Assembly: GCA_976226885.1 (NCBI GenBank)
Contig: OZ320314.1
Coordinates: 120,466,001-120,530,000, forward strand
Reading direction: 5' to 3'
From: Iphione sp. A-MEVVRFRX5
Lineage: Eukaryota
DNA: 64,000 bases
The notes below the pieces were generated by a model. The model saw only the letters and a list, made by a program, of their open reading frames with translations, was not told where the DNA came from and ran no database searches. Both the position numbers and the translations under genes were made by a program. This document shows positions 40,039 to 52,277 of this stretch, piece after piece; position 1 is the stretch's first letter, and each line of letters begins with the position of its first letter.

Positions 40039-41707
40039 TACTTCTCTTGTTTAAAATGATACATGAATTTTCGTCCCTACACATCATAACAACAAAGTGT
40101 ACACCACATCGGTAGGTTTGGTTCTTCAGCCTCTATTTCTGAGCAGCAGATACAGCACTTCAACAGTTAGTGTTGACAGGTCTGGTGAGAATGTTGGAAC
40201 CCATGTCTTATATGCTAATGTTTGTAACAGAGAAGTCACACAAACATCATGCCACTTCAGAGAAACCATAAATTACCTGTGGAAGGAACAATACTCCTTT
40301 AGTCAGCTCAAGTCTGGTGATGTCACTGTGATGTTTATCTAGGGTACCTCGGTTAGATGGAGATTATAATGTACTTAATTCTTATGCTTGTAGCAATTTG
40401 TTAACATGCAAAACCTATGTCTAGATTGAGTTCACACATCACAATACTTGAGTGGAAGTCAGGTAAGCACTGTTCTCAGAAACATGAGTATCAGTGAAAA
40501 TTTTGTTTCTTCTAGTTAGATACTTTGTACAATGCCTCTATGTTCTTGATTACTTATATCGATACACTTTTCATTACACAGTGGTTCACTGCTTTTATTG
40601 ACAATCACAATTGCAAAGTTATCCTTATACATTTATCAGGTCATAATACACACTGTGTTACATCTACCCTCCTAAGGAAGTTTTGCACCAGCAAATCTGG
40701 CAACCCATTACATGAAAGAAAGAGGTTGTCTTAACCTAGGATGGGATGAGTGCCTGGCACAATGAGCCTAGCATTAGGAGGGTTGTGAGTACTGGAAGGT
40801 AAATAATTAGTCTGGCAGACCCAGAATCAAGGAACTTGGCAGTCTGGGAACCATAGAAGATATACCCACTGTCTTGGCATTCAAGATACTTGCCTGTCAC
40901 ATGTAAAGGAGGCCAGTGGTAGTAATGGTAGTACAGTCAGCCCATTCTTCCAGACGCTCCGAATGCCCAGCGGCGCAACCAACTCTTATTTTTCACACTT
41001 AATACACTGTTTCTGGACGATTCTGTGTCTGAAAGTGAAGAAAGGATTTTCTAATGGTGTAAGCTTTTTAAATGTTTATATTAGGTGAGAAATACCTTTG
41101 GCCACTCCTGGAATGCTGTAAGCACATAGAGGTGAGGTTTTTGACTTGTGTTTCTAACAAATAGCACGTGTAAACCTGTATGCTGTGGTGTCCTGAAGAC
41201 AAGATCATATTTCTCTGGAAGGCTTGTATCATCTACTAATCCCTACTGAATTTTCCATACCCAAACGAACTCCATATCTGGATGAAATCAGCTGAAACCA
41301 GCCCCGTTTGGTAAGCGTGGGCGATTTTTGTAACAAAGGCAATAGTGTAATAATATTTTGTTTTTGATAATTTTGAATTTGATAAACAGGATAAGAGCAC
41401 TCCATCCTTAAAGGGTCGGTTTCCTTACATGCGTTGAGGTGCGTTCACCTGTCTTTGGTGTCTTTCTGTGTTAGCACGCATTTTACATCAGTTTTCCCAA
41501 CCTCACCTGATGCAACCTCACACCTGTTGAGGTTGCGTTGAAGTTGCGTCATCACTGCAGCAAAAGTATGGATAAAAAAGGAACTTCACTAGTTAAGGCA
41601 AGGTTTCCTTGTGTACGTTTTTTTGCCGTAGTGCGTGTCAGGTGAGGAAAATGAGCTGTTTTCCACACATGCATGTAGACCCAGTGTCATGCTCACATAC
41701 TAATATT

Positions 41708-41709
41708 TC

Positions 41710-41789
<80 letters not shown>

Positions 41790-41790
41790 G
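41708..41790. repeat. Compound microsatellite (CTGT)n(CT)n(CA)n
   Basis: Directly visible in the sequence. Confidence 0.95.
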
Positions 41791-42531
41791 AGATTTTCAT
41801 GGAGGCTGAGGCATATCGGTCAAAATTGTGTGGTTTTTAATGGAGGTTGAGGCACATCCGTCAAAAATGTGCAGTTATTGTCCAACTGATATGATACACA
41901 ACGACTGTATTGTGCTATCACCAAGATCGTAATGATCAAGTTAGTTCCAATCACTTAGTGCTGGTAAGTCACCCCCCTGTCTATGAACAGGGTTTATAAT
42001 TGGTTGCTGATCTGACCTGTGCTATCCTATGAGTGCTCAGTTGGGATAGTAAGTAATATTTTTTTTGTTTCTGAGGTATGCAGAGATTGTGACTACACAT
42101 GACATTCTCCTTGAGGGAGATTGTATGGAAAAGATTCACACTTTGCCTCTGAGTCAGGGTTTTAGGCATCACCAGCCTGAGTGTATTGGTGGGGGGGAGA
42201 GATGTCATTAGCTAGTGGTTTCCACTTGAGGGTCTCATCAGGTGCTAATGTTTGTCATAGGAAGAATATCCTATCCAATGTTTAATGGGCTGGGCAGTCG
42301 ACAGACCACCCTTAATTCTTGTTATTGGTCAATTGACCTGCTTCCCAATGATGTTGATCGGCATCCTCACATGTTGTAGTGATTCATGTGGGCTTGGGAG
42401 ACTGGAGTGTGGTAGGTCCTAATCAAGTGTCTGAGTGGCACTGACATGATCCGCAGGATGTATGGAGTGGTACTCTTTACCTTGTTGGCATGAATAGTTC
42501 ATGACAGATGAGGTTAGAGTGCATCCTAGAG

Positions 42532-44688
42532 CTAGTCTATCAGATTTACACCTTTTGGGGTGACTGTTTTCACTCGGTGTATCCATCATATTTCTTTGAG
42601 CTCTCTAGACATTTTATGTTCTAGAGTTGCAGGCGTTTTGAGAAATTCCAGTATCGAGATGGATACCCCCTGTCATCTTTCTCCTGGGGAGTTTGGACAT
42701 TTATTAAAGTGGTCAGCTACCATTGTGTCCTTTTTGTAGGTAATGTCATTTTTGTGATTCTTGAAGCAATCAATTACTGTTTGTTGTGTTTGGCCTACAT
42801 ATTGGATTTTACAGTTAATGCGATCAGGTAGATACAGTTGTTGCTGTGCAATTTATCTGCTGGTATGTTTTCATCCTCTCACCTGTGCTCCTGCGTATGA
42901 TGCTGCCGGTCTTGTTAAGTCTTGGCAGTGTGTGCAAGATTTGCATCTGTTCTTATGGGAACTTGGAACGATTCTCGTTGATTGTCCAAATAGGTTCACA
43001 TTTTGTGTTCCTATTGGTTGTAATTTAGCTCTGACCAGTAGGTCCCTGAAGTTTTGTTTCTGCATTTGCCGGGAAGTACGGGGGTCTCTCGCAAGTTATG
43101 ACCAGAATTTATCAATGTAATCCGCTATCGGATGGCTTGCTGGATTATGTGTGGTTATTAGTATTACCGGTTCTTTCTGTGTGGTGTCCCTATCTGTATC
43201 AGGTTTTGGCTTTAGTAGTTCCAGACGCGGTATGGCGGATGCCCTCTTCAGGGCGTCTATGATGACATCTGAAGGGTATTCTCGTCATAAGAGGTGCTGT
43301 GTGATTGTTGAACAATTTAGCAAGTAGTCTTTCACACTGGGACAGATTCTTCTGATTCAGAGGAATTGTGAGAATGGTATGGCATTGGTGCAGCTCCTCG
43401 GATGGCAGGAACTGTACAGTATGTAGTTGTGCATGTCTGTAGGTTTTGTGCTTTGGAGGCTACCATTTGGTGATTGGTATATGTAGCGTAGCCATATGAG
43501 TGGTTGTAGGGGATAGGTATACACCCACTCTTCTTCGTATTGACCCATAAATATGTTTGCATATGAGGGGGCCAGCTGTGTGCCCATTGCTGTTCCCCCT
43601 ACTTGTAGGTAATTTTTCCTATTGAAATCAAAATTGTTTCATTTCAGGACCAGCTCCAGTAATGTTATGATGCTGTGTATAGATGGGTTGGCATTGTGGT
43701 CCCTGTCTCAGGAGCATTTCCCTCATTGTTCTGATTGCCTCTGGGTTGGGAATATTCATGTATAGGCTGGTTGCGTCCATTGTGCATAACAGCATATTCT
43801 CCGGATGGGTTGCCAGAGAATCAAGTATTCTCAGGAAGTGGCCAGTATCTTGGACGAAGGATTTATGTTTTGGGACCATAGGGTTTATTATTAGGTCCAC
43901 TAGCTGTGAAATTTTCTCAGTTGGGCTGTCATTTGCGGATACTATTGGTCTGCCCAGTGGGGGCGTTTTATTTTTGTGTATTTTTGGAAACATTTAGAAG
44001 TTTGGTGTGCAGGCATTGTTGGTTGTCAGATATTTGCCAACCTGTTCTGTGATTTCTTTTTCAAGCACCATTTTGTGAACATGTAAGTCGACTAGGGTTT
44101 TAAGTTTCACATTTAGATCTTCTCTAGTTTCCTTATAGAATTTGGTGTCATTTAACTAAGTCCTTCTGGTACATAGGATTTTCTATCCATAACGACTACT
44201 GCTCTACCTTTAGCGGCTTTTTAATCACTATTATTTAACCACTATTCCTTGTCTGGAATTAAATTCAGCCTTCGGGAGGTTTTTTGGTTCGTGGGGCAGA
44301 CGGGTAATAGTTGTCTAACTCATAGAAAATTTTGTAGAACATGTGTTCGACACTTGGTGGTCCCGGTGGGCTCCAATTACTTTTGATGTGGAGTTTTGTG
44401 TGGTCAAAAGGCATTGAGGTTTTTTTTCGGTGACTCTCATGTTTGTTGGGGAGTCCTCTTTATGGAAGAATATCTTTCGTCTGACTTGGTTTTGAAATTT
44501 TTCTAAGTCAGCCCTAAGGGATTCACAATCAGGTGCGCCTGGACATAATTCAGTCCCTTTGAGAGAAGGCTAAGTTCATCTCCATCCAGATTATAATTAG
44601 ACAGATTCACTACACCATCAACAGAGGTAAGGTTTTTACTACTGTTTTTATTTAACAGCTGACAAAGACATAACGTGGTAATTAGCAA
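42532..44688 (-). pseudogene. Penelope-like element ORF (RT plus Cys linker plus GIY-YIG), degraded
   Basis: VVNLS..LSLLSKGL, PKIHK..GRPIVS, MDATSLYMNIP, MGTQLAPSYANIFM, CKSCTHC, CIYLI/QYVGQT, and terminal WIHRVKTVTPKGVNLID*. Confidence 0.88.
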
Positions 44689-45721
44689 GTCAATATAGCC
44701 ACAAAGGTCGAGGTCTGGCCAAAGGCTTTGCTATAGTAACTCTTTAACTGAAAATTTGTGTTGCGTGAGTCCAACATCAGTTAGAATTTATTGTAGATTA
44801 AACATAGGATTAATGTCACTAAGGTCCATGTCTGAATACAACGGAAAGTCACTCATGGCTACTGACGTTCCAGGGTTTTCAGTGGAAATGATATGCAAAT
44901 TACACAATAATTCACATAAGATATGTTATACAATGTTTTTCCTTGTTTAAAGCCCCATTTCTCCATCCTACTCATCCGTGCACATGCACGGTGCAGAAAA
45001 AAATGAATATTGTCCATTTTCTGACTCCAGACCATGGACCATGGACCATGTACACAGATGCATGGAAACACTCCAGTACATTCTCATAGTACCATTCCAT
45101 ACCACATGGTCCATGGTCCGGGGAGAAAATCCATACACAAGGAAGCCGGGCCTAAGTTCCGGTTTCCATACCTGCAGTGATGTGTGTGACAGTGCGTGAG
45201 GCATCCAGGTGCAGTGAGATGCATTTCTATCCTGCACCCTCCCACAGTCCCCCACACAGGGCTGTTCCATACCTGTGGGAAACACAAGGGAAATGCAAGG
45301 GCAATAACATGGGAAAATGGATGTGTGTTGCTGTACGTGTGTGGCAAATTAAGGCCCAGTTTCCTTCCTGGGCTGAAAAGGGGCAATTCACACCAACGCA
45401 CATCAATGCACATGCACACCTCACATGTGTAAGGAAACCCCTTCACTGATTGTCTATTGATTTATAATATTGCACAGAAATGCACAGAATCACACATGGA
45501 CATTGCCACATGTAAGGAAACTGAGCCTAAAGGACAAATTTGATGGGAATAGTGGCAAAAGTAGTGAATTTCACTAGTTAAAGTATAAATAAGGTCAAAT
45601 TTGATGGGAGTGTCTGCTCTGGCTAAGGGGAGAAGGTCTTTTTGTTGTGTGTAGTTGTGTTTAGCTCCATACAGGGGTAAGATCGTATGTTCATTAACAG
45701 CTCTAACGCATTTATCCAAAT

Positions 45722-45916
45722 TGTCACCTCATTATCGAGCACAACAAGATAAGGAACAGCTATGTTACAGACCGATTGGGCGTCACATACTCACACGAAA
45801 ATTTCAACAACTTTTCTGTTAAAGGCCATGCTTACATACTTATACCTATACAATTTACATACACAGTACTCCCATTTTCACACATACAATATTACTACTA
45901 TTAGTACTGTGTTACA
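45722..45916 (-). mobile_element. LTR fragment homologous to 1936-2407
   Basis: Shares gtcacctc..aagataagg, cacatac, tttacatacacagtactccc and the gtactgtgttaca terminus. Confidence 0.65.
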
Positions 45917-47465
45917 AAGGCTATATATAGATATTACACATGGTAACAGCAGGGATACAAGGTGGTGTATGTACTAGGGAGGGAGGAAGCATGCAAGCAT
46001 GAAAGGTCCCACATGTATATCAGTTCCAAGAAGTATAACTCATTACACGTCTTTCCCCCCTTGAGATGAGTTAATAGACGTGAGGAAAAGACATTAAGAG
46101 ACACGTAAGTAGACACACTGTCTCTCTCTATATATGTATGTACTAGGGAGGGATGTAGCGTGCTATTACGAAAGTGTTACGCATACAAGCATAAAATGTC
46201 CTTCAAGTATTTTAGTTTTTAAAAAGGAGAAACCAGTAGACTAGTCGTTACCTACTTCTAAGTCAACAGAAGCAAAGAAAAGAAAAGACAACAGGTCCTT
46301 ACCTGACGATATATTACAAGAGAACTTATTTTGACGCTGATAGGTATACTATCATATCTTCACTTAATAAAATCTACATGTATTGATCTAATTTTAGTTT
46401 CTGATGGCACTAAGTGTAATACCAAAATTGTTAAAAATTTTATAAGTGATCACTACATGGTTGAAGCCTTCCTCGAGTTTGTGAGTTTAGGAATTCATAT
46501 GACATGTTAGTAGTAGATATAGACCGCCAGATAGTATGTTGTTTTATGCAAATCAGGTGTGCGACAGACCGGAACCGAGATGTGTGGGAGCCTGTCCCCT
46601 CTGTAGTAAATACAAAAGCAAACAGCTCCCAACCTAGATTCAAGGTGGGAAGCGTGTGCCCAACCGGAACCGAGGTAGGTGGAAAGCGTGTCACTGGATT
46701 GAGGACTGTGTGTTTATGGATATTTGTATTACTGATCAGGAACAAACCTTGGGCATGTTCAAATACTACCAAATATGTTCTCCAACCTTTTAAATTGGTC
46801 TGGGGATCATTTTCCATTGTTTTAATTTCTTTTTCTGGTTAAGGTGGATAACACGGAGCAGTCTACCTTTGTGCCGTCTGTGTTTGGTCTAAGCAAACTA
46901 CCATTGCGCCATCTGTGTTTGAAGTGAGAAAGTTTTTGGTGGGGTTGTTGTTCAGACTGAATGAGGTTAAGTAAGTGAACTTGAAATAAATGACTCTTCG
47001 AATATATCTTGAGGCAAATAACCACCAAAACAGCTAGAAAACATCCATTCCTATGCATTAGGATAGATTAGAATTGATATCAACTCTTTTTACATTACCT
47101 ATAGTTAGATTTGACAAATTCACGGTTAAAACACCTGTTGTATGGGGTAATGAATTGAGCGACATCACTGTCAAAGCGATCGATCTGCGCATTCAATTAG
47201 GATAAGGGTAAACTTAATTTACCTGACAAATCCAATTTTTTGAAAGAGCCCCTAGGGCTCTAGGAAAGAGTCCCTAGGGGCTCTGACAATGAAAGGAAGA
47301 ATAAAACCATCACCACCGACTGCCCAACAGAGTGGTGTCCAGCGGTAAATGCATTGCGAGGACACACACACACACACACACACAAAGAGACAAAATGAGT
47401 ATATATATTTTACAGTTTACCTTCCATTTCTCACTCGAAGGAGAACCGTCAAAGGAGACAGAGCT

Positions 47466-48164
47466 ATGGAACTGACCCCTACCGAATTTGCTTCAACAAT
47501 GGAACAGAATGGTGGAATCGATCCAGAGACCTGTGAAGAAACTGAATACTATGCCAATTGCTACATAAAAGAAGTCCAGGATGATAAACATAGTATGTCT
47601 AGAATGGACAATGCAGCGGGGATTTTTGATCAAATACGCAATAATTCTGAGACTGTTGAATATTTTCACTGGTGTCTGCGAAATTCCTCTCAAGATATAA
47701 TTTATACTAGTAATACTGTTTATCTTCTGAAGGATCTGTGTACTGCTATGGGTAGACACGCTTTTAATTATGCTCAACTGCATGGCAAGGTTTACGAACA
47801 TTTGGTGAATGAAGTGTTGACTGAGGAAGTAACTAGCTTCGATGTTATCACTGACCTAGAGCTAACTCCTAGTAAGAAAGATATAATGAAAAAAGTGTAC
47901 GTCTATATTCTTGATGATGAGTACCAGAGATTTAGAGCAAAGGAAAAGATAGACGGGGACAACTTTAAGAATCAAATGATAAAGGCGCATTCTCAAATAA
48001 AACCTGCTCGGTTAGCTAATGCTTGTGCATATATAATGACCTTATATGGATTGGATTCGTATTATGACTATGACACTATGTGTGTTTTTCTTGATCAACA
48101 AGATCTGGCTCGCGAGATAGGAGAGCTCAGCTGTTTCATGTTATATGAATTTCTCACAATGTAG
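47466..48164 (+). CDS. Unknown protein, paralogue 1 of a tandem triplet (probable Maverick cargo)
   Basis: Intact intronless ORF followed by AATAAA (~48183). Similar to the degraded frames downstream. Confidence 0.6.
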   Translation: MELTPTEFASTMEQNGGIDPETCEETEYYANCYIKEVQDDKHSMSRMDNAAGIFDQIRNNSETVEYFHWCLRNSSQDIIYTSNTVYLLKDLCTAMGRHAFNYAQLHGKVYEHLVNEVLTEEVTSFDVITDLELTPSKKDIMKKVYVYILDDEYQRFRAKEKIDGDNFKNQMIKAHSQIKPARLANACAYIMTLYGLDSYYDYDTMCVFLDQQDLAREIGELSCFMLYEFLTM

Positions 48165-48281
48165 ACACTTGAAAGTGGATCTCAATAAACATGGACTAAG
48201 CAAATATGTTTGTTGTTTATATGATTCTAACCCTATTTAAAGACCTAGTACGTGTGAATAGCAGTCATCTTTAGAACAGAC

Positions 48282-48850
48282 ATGGAAGGAAACTGTTCAC
48301 GGCGATATTTAGAAGAGGATAGACATGGAATGTCATATAGTGAAGGTGCAACTGGTGTAGTGGACGAGTATTCTTCAGAAACAGTAATGATCCATCATCA
48401 TCGATGGATGTTAAGAAACATTAATATGAAAATAATTTATATTAGTAAGGATGTCTTTCTCTTGAAAGATTTGTGTCATGTTATGGGAAAAAGAGCATAT
48501 AATACCGCAGTATCAAATGATTTTGTATTTGAAGGCTTCATGATTTAAGAGATAATAGAAGAACCACACATCTTCGAGGTAAACACTGACCTGGAAGATA
48601 CTCCAACTAAAACACAACTTATGAAAGATGTTTACAGTTATCTGCTGCATGATAATTTTCAATGGTTGAAAACTATAGAGCTACACACTGAGGAAAAATC
48701 TGAGGAACAAGCCATGCGACTATATCTCCAAGACGTTTAGCTAATGCTATGGCCTATATTGCCACGTTGAGTGAAATGGATTCTTTTTTCACCTATGAAG
48801 ACACTGCTGAGTTTTTAAGTAAGCAAGATCCAGTACACGGTTTATCATAG
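48282..48850 (+). pseudogene. Unknown protein, paralogue 2
   Basis: Frameshifted. VFLLKDLCHVMGKRAYN, VNTDLEDTPTKTQLMKDVYSYLL and RLANAMAYI match paralogue 1. Confidence 0.65.
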
Positions 48851-49370
48851 ATGGCAGTGGGAGATCGTAGATGACAAAGGATGTAGTCTGCATAAATCTG
48901 ATACATGGTTTCTATCTAGAGATAATGCGTCTAATGAAGCCTGTGTTTTTAAAGATGGACTTGAAGAAAAGGACAAGTGTGACATTGAGATCTTTTGTCA
49001 GGAGCTTCTTCTACCAAATTCCAGTGACATAGCTGAAAAGGTATACAGTTACATCCTGAGAAAAGAGTTCGAGTCACGAATAAAACAAGCTTACAGTGGT
49101 TCTAAATATCAGGGTGGTGAAGATGTTGAGAACAAGTCAGCGGATACCAAGGAACAATAGATCAGGGAACATGCGAGGTCTTGTCACCTGCGTATCTCTT
49201 TGGTTCGTTTGATGGAGGCTTGTGAGATAATTACTCAGTATTATGGTTATAAGAAACTTGTGACTTATATGGAGGCTCTTCGCGTACTTAAAACAGCCAA
49301 ACCTGCTGAGGTATTATTGAAGAACAATCCTGAGTTTGAAAATGAATTTGCAGAAATTGAGAAACTCTAA
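48851..49370 (+). pseudogene. Unknown protein, paralogue 3 (diverged)
   Basis: CQELLLPNSSDIAEKVYSYIL and RLMEACEIITQYYG resemble paralogue 1 DLELTPSKKDIMKKVYVYIL and RLANACAYIMTLYG. Confidence 0.4.
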
Positions 49371-49627
49371 GTAAGATTCCATAATGAATTTATTAGTTCA
49401 CATAGGGTACTTAGCACTCTAAAGAGAGGTTAATGGAAAAACTGTATGCATACTTATGGCTAGCACAATATGTAAATGTTTCTATACAAATTGCTGGATA
49501 TTTGACATAATAAACATTCTATATGGAACTAGTGTTATTTTTTTTCTCACAACAGACTAGTATACGAAATATGTTGTAGATGTAATATCAGACTCAGACA
49601 TAATACTTCACAATACTCTGACAGAGC

Positions 49628-50439
49628 TTATACGCTGGATTCATTAATGTTAGGTTCAGCAATGTTTGTTTCAATCATGTTGTAGACATTATTATAAAAT
49701 CCGTAGTAATCAAGTGGAGGAGGTGTGTTCCTTCTTTTTCGCAACTTTCTTATGATGAGAAGGGCAGCCAAAAAAATGGTAACCACAACAAACACAACTG
49801 AGCACGTATATAATACAATGGTTTGAACTGGAAAAGGTCCACCAGAATCCTTACTCGCCGTTGAGGTTGGAGATAGAAAGCTTTGATTATCAGATCGTGG
49901 AACTGATGTTGCAATCATCGTAGATGTCACGGTAACCATCAAGCTAGTGGAATATGTCCCAGCAGAACTCTTCTTTTGTTCACTCTCAATCCATATTGCG
50001 TGTTAGTATTCCCAGACACAGAACTGAATGCAGAAAAAGTAGTACTAACGCTCTCACTCGGTTTTGTAAAATCATCAATGGAGATTCTAGTAGAAGGCAT
50101 AATGGAATGGGAAAATGTACTCTCCAGTTCACAGTTCCATAATATAGAGAAATTCACGTTTGTAGGAAGAGAATTGCAGTTAAAATTTGACCATTGATTG
50201 CGCACATCTAAAAGTTCAAGTACCTGAAATTTCTGCGGAACAGCACTATCCAACTGGGTTATTTTGCACCACCTCCAGTCTAGTTGCCGATATTTTCGAT
50301 TGACCGGAATATAGAGCTGTTAAGGATTTGTCCTCCTACAGGTGATAGTATCCCACGTGCATCTGCATCTTTGACAAATACTGTCCTGAGTAAGTCCACG
50401 TGGTATAAGCATAAACAGAATGAGTAAAATCTTCCTCAT
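49628..50439 (-). pseudogene. Mini LRR type-I membrane protein A
   Basis: Signal MRKILLILFMLIPRGLT, LRRNT-like ICQRCRCTWDTITC, LRR-like YRQLDWRWCKI and LELLDVRNQ, Ser/Thr stalk, TM, Tyr-rich tail. One stop and one frameshift. Confidence 0.65.
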
Positions 50440-51064
50440 GATAGCCTGTGTGCTTGAGCAGTGAACAGCTCGAATTTAGGTCTTGAATTGGAATAACAAG
50501 ATCCTTCTCATTCTAGCTTGACCTCAAGGCTTTGTAGGTTAATGGGACACTAAATCTTTCAGGGAGCGGGGTTGACACAGACATACACAAACACAACCCT
50601 ACCCAAATCAAACACAACCTTAATGTATTGGAGGAACGAATACCAACTGAACGCATTTGGGATATGTAAAAGATCATTCTCTTGTCTAATACCTAAATAA
50701 GAAAGATTATCAGCTAATACAGATAGGTGAATAGAGAGATACATGGAAGTTAAATGGATAATAAGACGTTTTGGGGTAAAAGTCCATTTATTGATTAAAT
50801 TTAGCGCCAAAAAGCTATATCGGTGAACTGTAGAACTACTGTATGGTAGCTCCGGACATCTAGCGGTTAACATTGGTGAGATTAGTATTCGAAACAACAG
50901 CTTAATTTAATTTGAAGAAAAGATTTATCATTGATTAATGTTTATTAAACCTTTATTTTATCTATTTTTTATGTCATTCATTTCTCTTGATTTACACACA
51001 TGTAATTTTATGAAACGCAACTCCAAACGTGTTTACATGAAGCACCGCCGAATGCAACGAGAAC

Positions 51065-51643
51065 ATGTCCAGAGCTCGCGTTGTGGCAGTAATCCTGATA
51101 ATCTTATCCACCTCTGGATACTGTAGTGGACTGTGTGATGAGTGCAAGTGTAAGGGAAATCAGATACAATGTCGCCAGGTATCGATTCCAACTCTCATTC
51201 GTCGTTTGATAGCAACAGGCAAGAAGTTATACGCTTTCCAGAAATTAGATTTCCACTACAGTGACTTAGCAAATTAAAATTTCACATTGCTTCAGCAAGT
51301 ATTTCCTCGTGTTAGTGAAGTCGACATTAGAAATACAGCAATTTCATGTAAGAAAGTATGGGACTTTTGGACGTCAATCATAGAATCTGATTGTCTACCC
51401 TTTACTCGGGTGCCTAAGCAAGAAATTGATGCAAAAACAACACTCGACTCGAACATAACAGATGCGTCGGTGCAAAGACAAGAAGATTCCAAGGATTTGA
51501 GATGGACATGGATAGCCGTTTTGTTTGTGATGATTCTTCTATTACCACCCCTTATCCTACTGATTCGCAGATTTCTCAGAGCTTGTCAGAGGGAAAACAG
51601 TTGCAACTCAGCAATGCATGAGCTGAATGCTTTGATTCAATGA
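51065..51643 (+). pseudogene. Mini LRR type-I membrane protein B
   Basis: Signal peptide, LCDECKCKGNQIQC, FQKLDFHYSDL, VSEVDIRNT, TM WIAVLFVMILLLPPLILLIRR. One in-frame TAA at 51275-51277. Confidence 0.68.
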
Positions 51644-52277
51644 AACCATCAAGAAAATCATCCTGTAGAGGAAAATATTTTCCGTAGCGTGTATGTATTC
51701 TATGTACTCTTTTTTCAAAGGTATAGTAGAAAAAACAGTAAAAGAGTGACTTCTATTTACAATTAGGTTAGTTTAAGTGGACTTAATGCACAAGATTTCT
51801 TGCAATGGGGTTTATTTTCCTGAATATTAAATGATCTAGCTGGCAATATATAAATAGTGAAGTGATAAGACACGAAAACTCTTGAAGGTCAGTTGTAGTT
51901 TAGGTTGTTTTTTATTTGCCAGAAGGTTCCCAACGTTGTGTGTGTGTGTGTGTGTGTGTGTGGGGGGGAAGATAGATAAATGTATTTGATGGTTATGATT
52001 TCTTGCAATGTAAAATTTTATGCTTACAGATCTTTGGAACCTTCGAATGAGGTCCACGGAACATCTTCTAATGGAAGAGCAAGAAGGAAGGCAGGTATAA
52101 TTTCATTTTGCTCTCTCCATTTATAATTATTAGTTTAGTTTAAATCTGAATGAATTTATAGAGAACCTTTGACTCATTGCATGAATATTTTATGTTGCAG
52201 GAGGAAGAAGGAAAGCTCTTATTTATTTTAGTTGATGTTAATGTTATAGAAAATGTCTTTTCCCTTTTTCAGGAGGA

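Larger units (their letters stand above)
35639..41411 (+). repeat. Segmental duplication, copy B
   Basis: Colinear with 290-4235. Starts right after the Gypsy LTR end and stops at the Harbinger-like TIR. Confidence 0.92.
41412..45528. mobile_element. PIF/Harbinger-like non-autonomous element
   Basis: TIRs agggtcggtttccttacatg / catgtaaggaaactgagcct, flanked by taa/aaa. Confidence 0.55.

Noticed and set aside
44968-45449. Cluster of overlapping ORFs on both strands
   Set aside because: Arises from palindromic, low-complexity subterminal DNA of the Harbinger-like element, with no protein motifs.
46200-47400. Left TIR of the Maverick
   Set aside because: No (AG)n-type terminus recognised, and the partner end is outside the window. 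The palindromes at 47246-47284 are suggestive only.
50559-50897. ORF between the two LRR genes
   Set aside because: No motifs or paralogy; likely the shared divergent promoter region.
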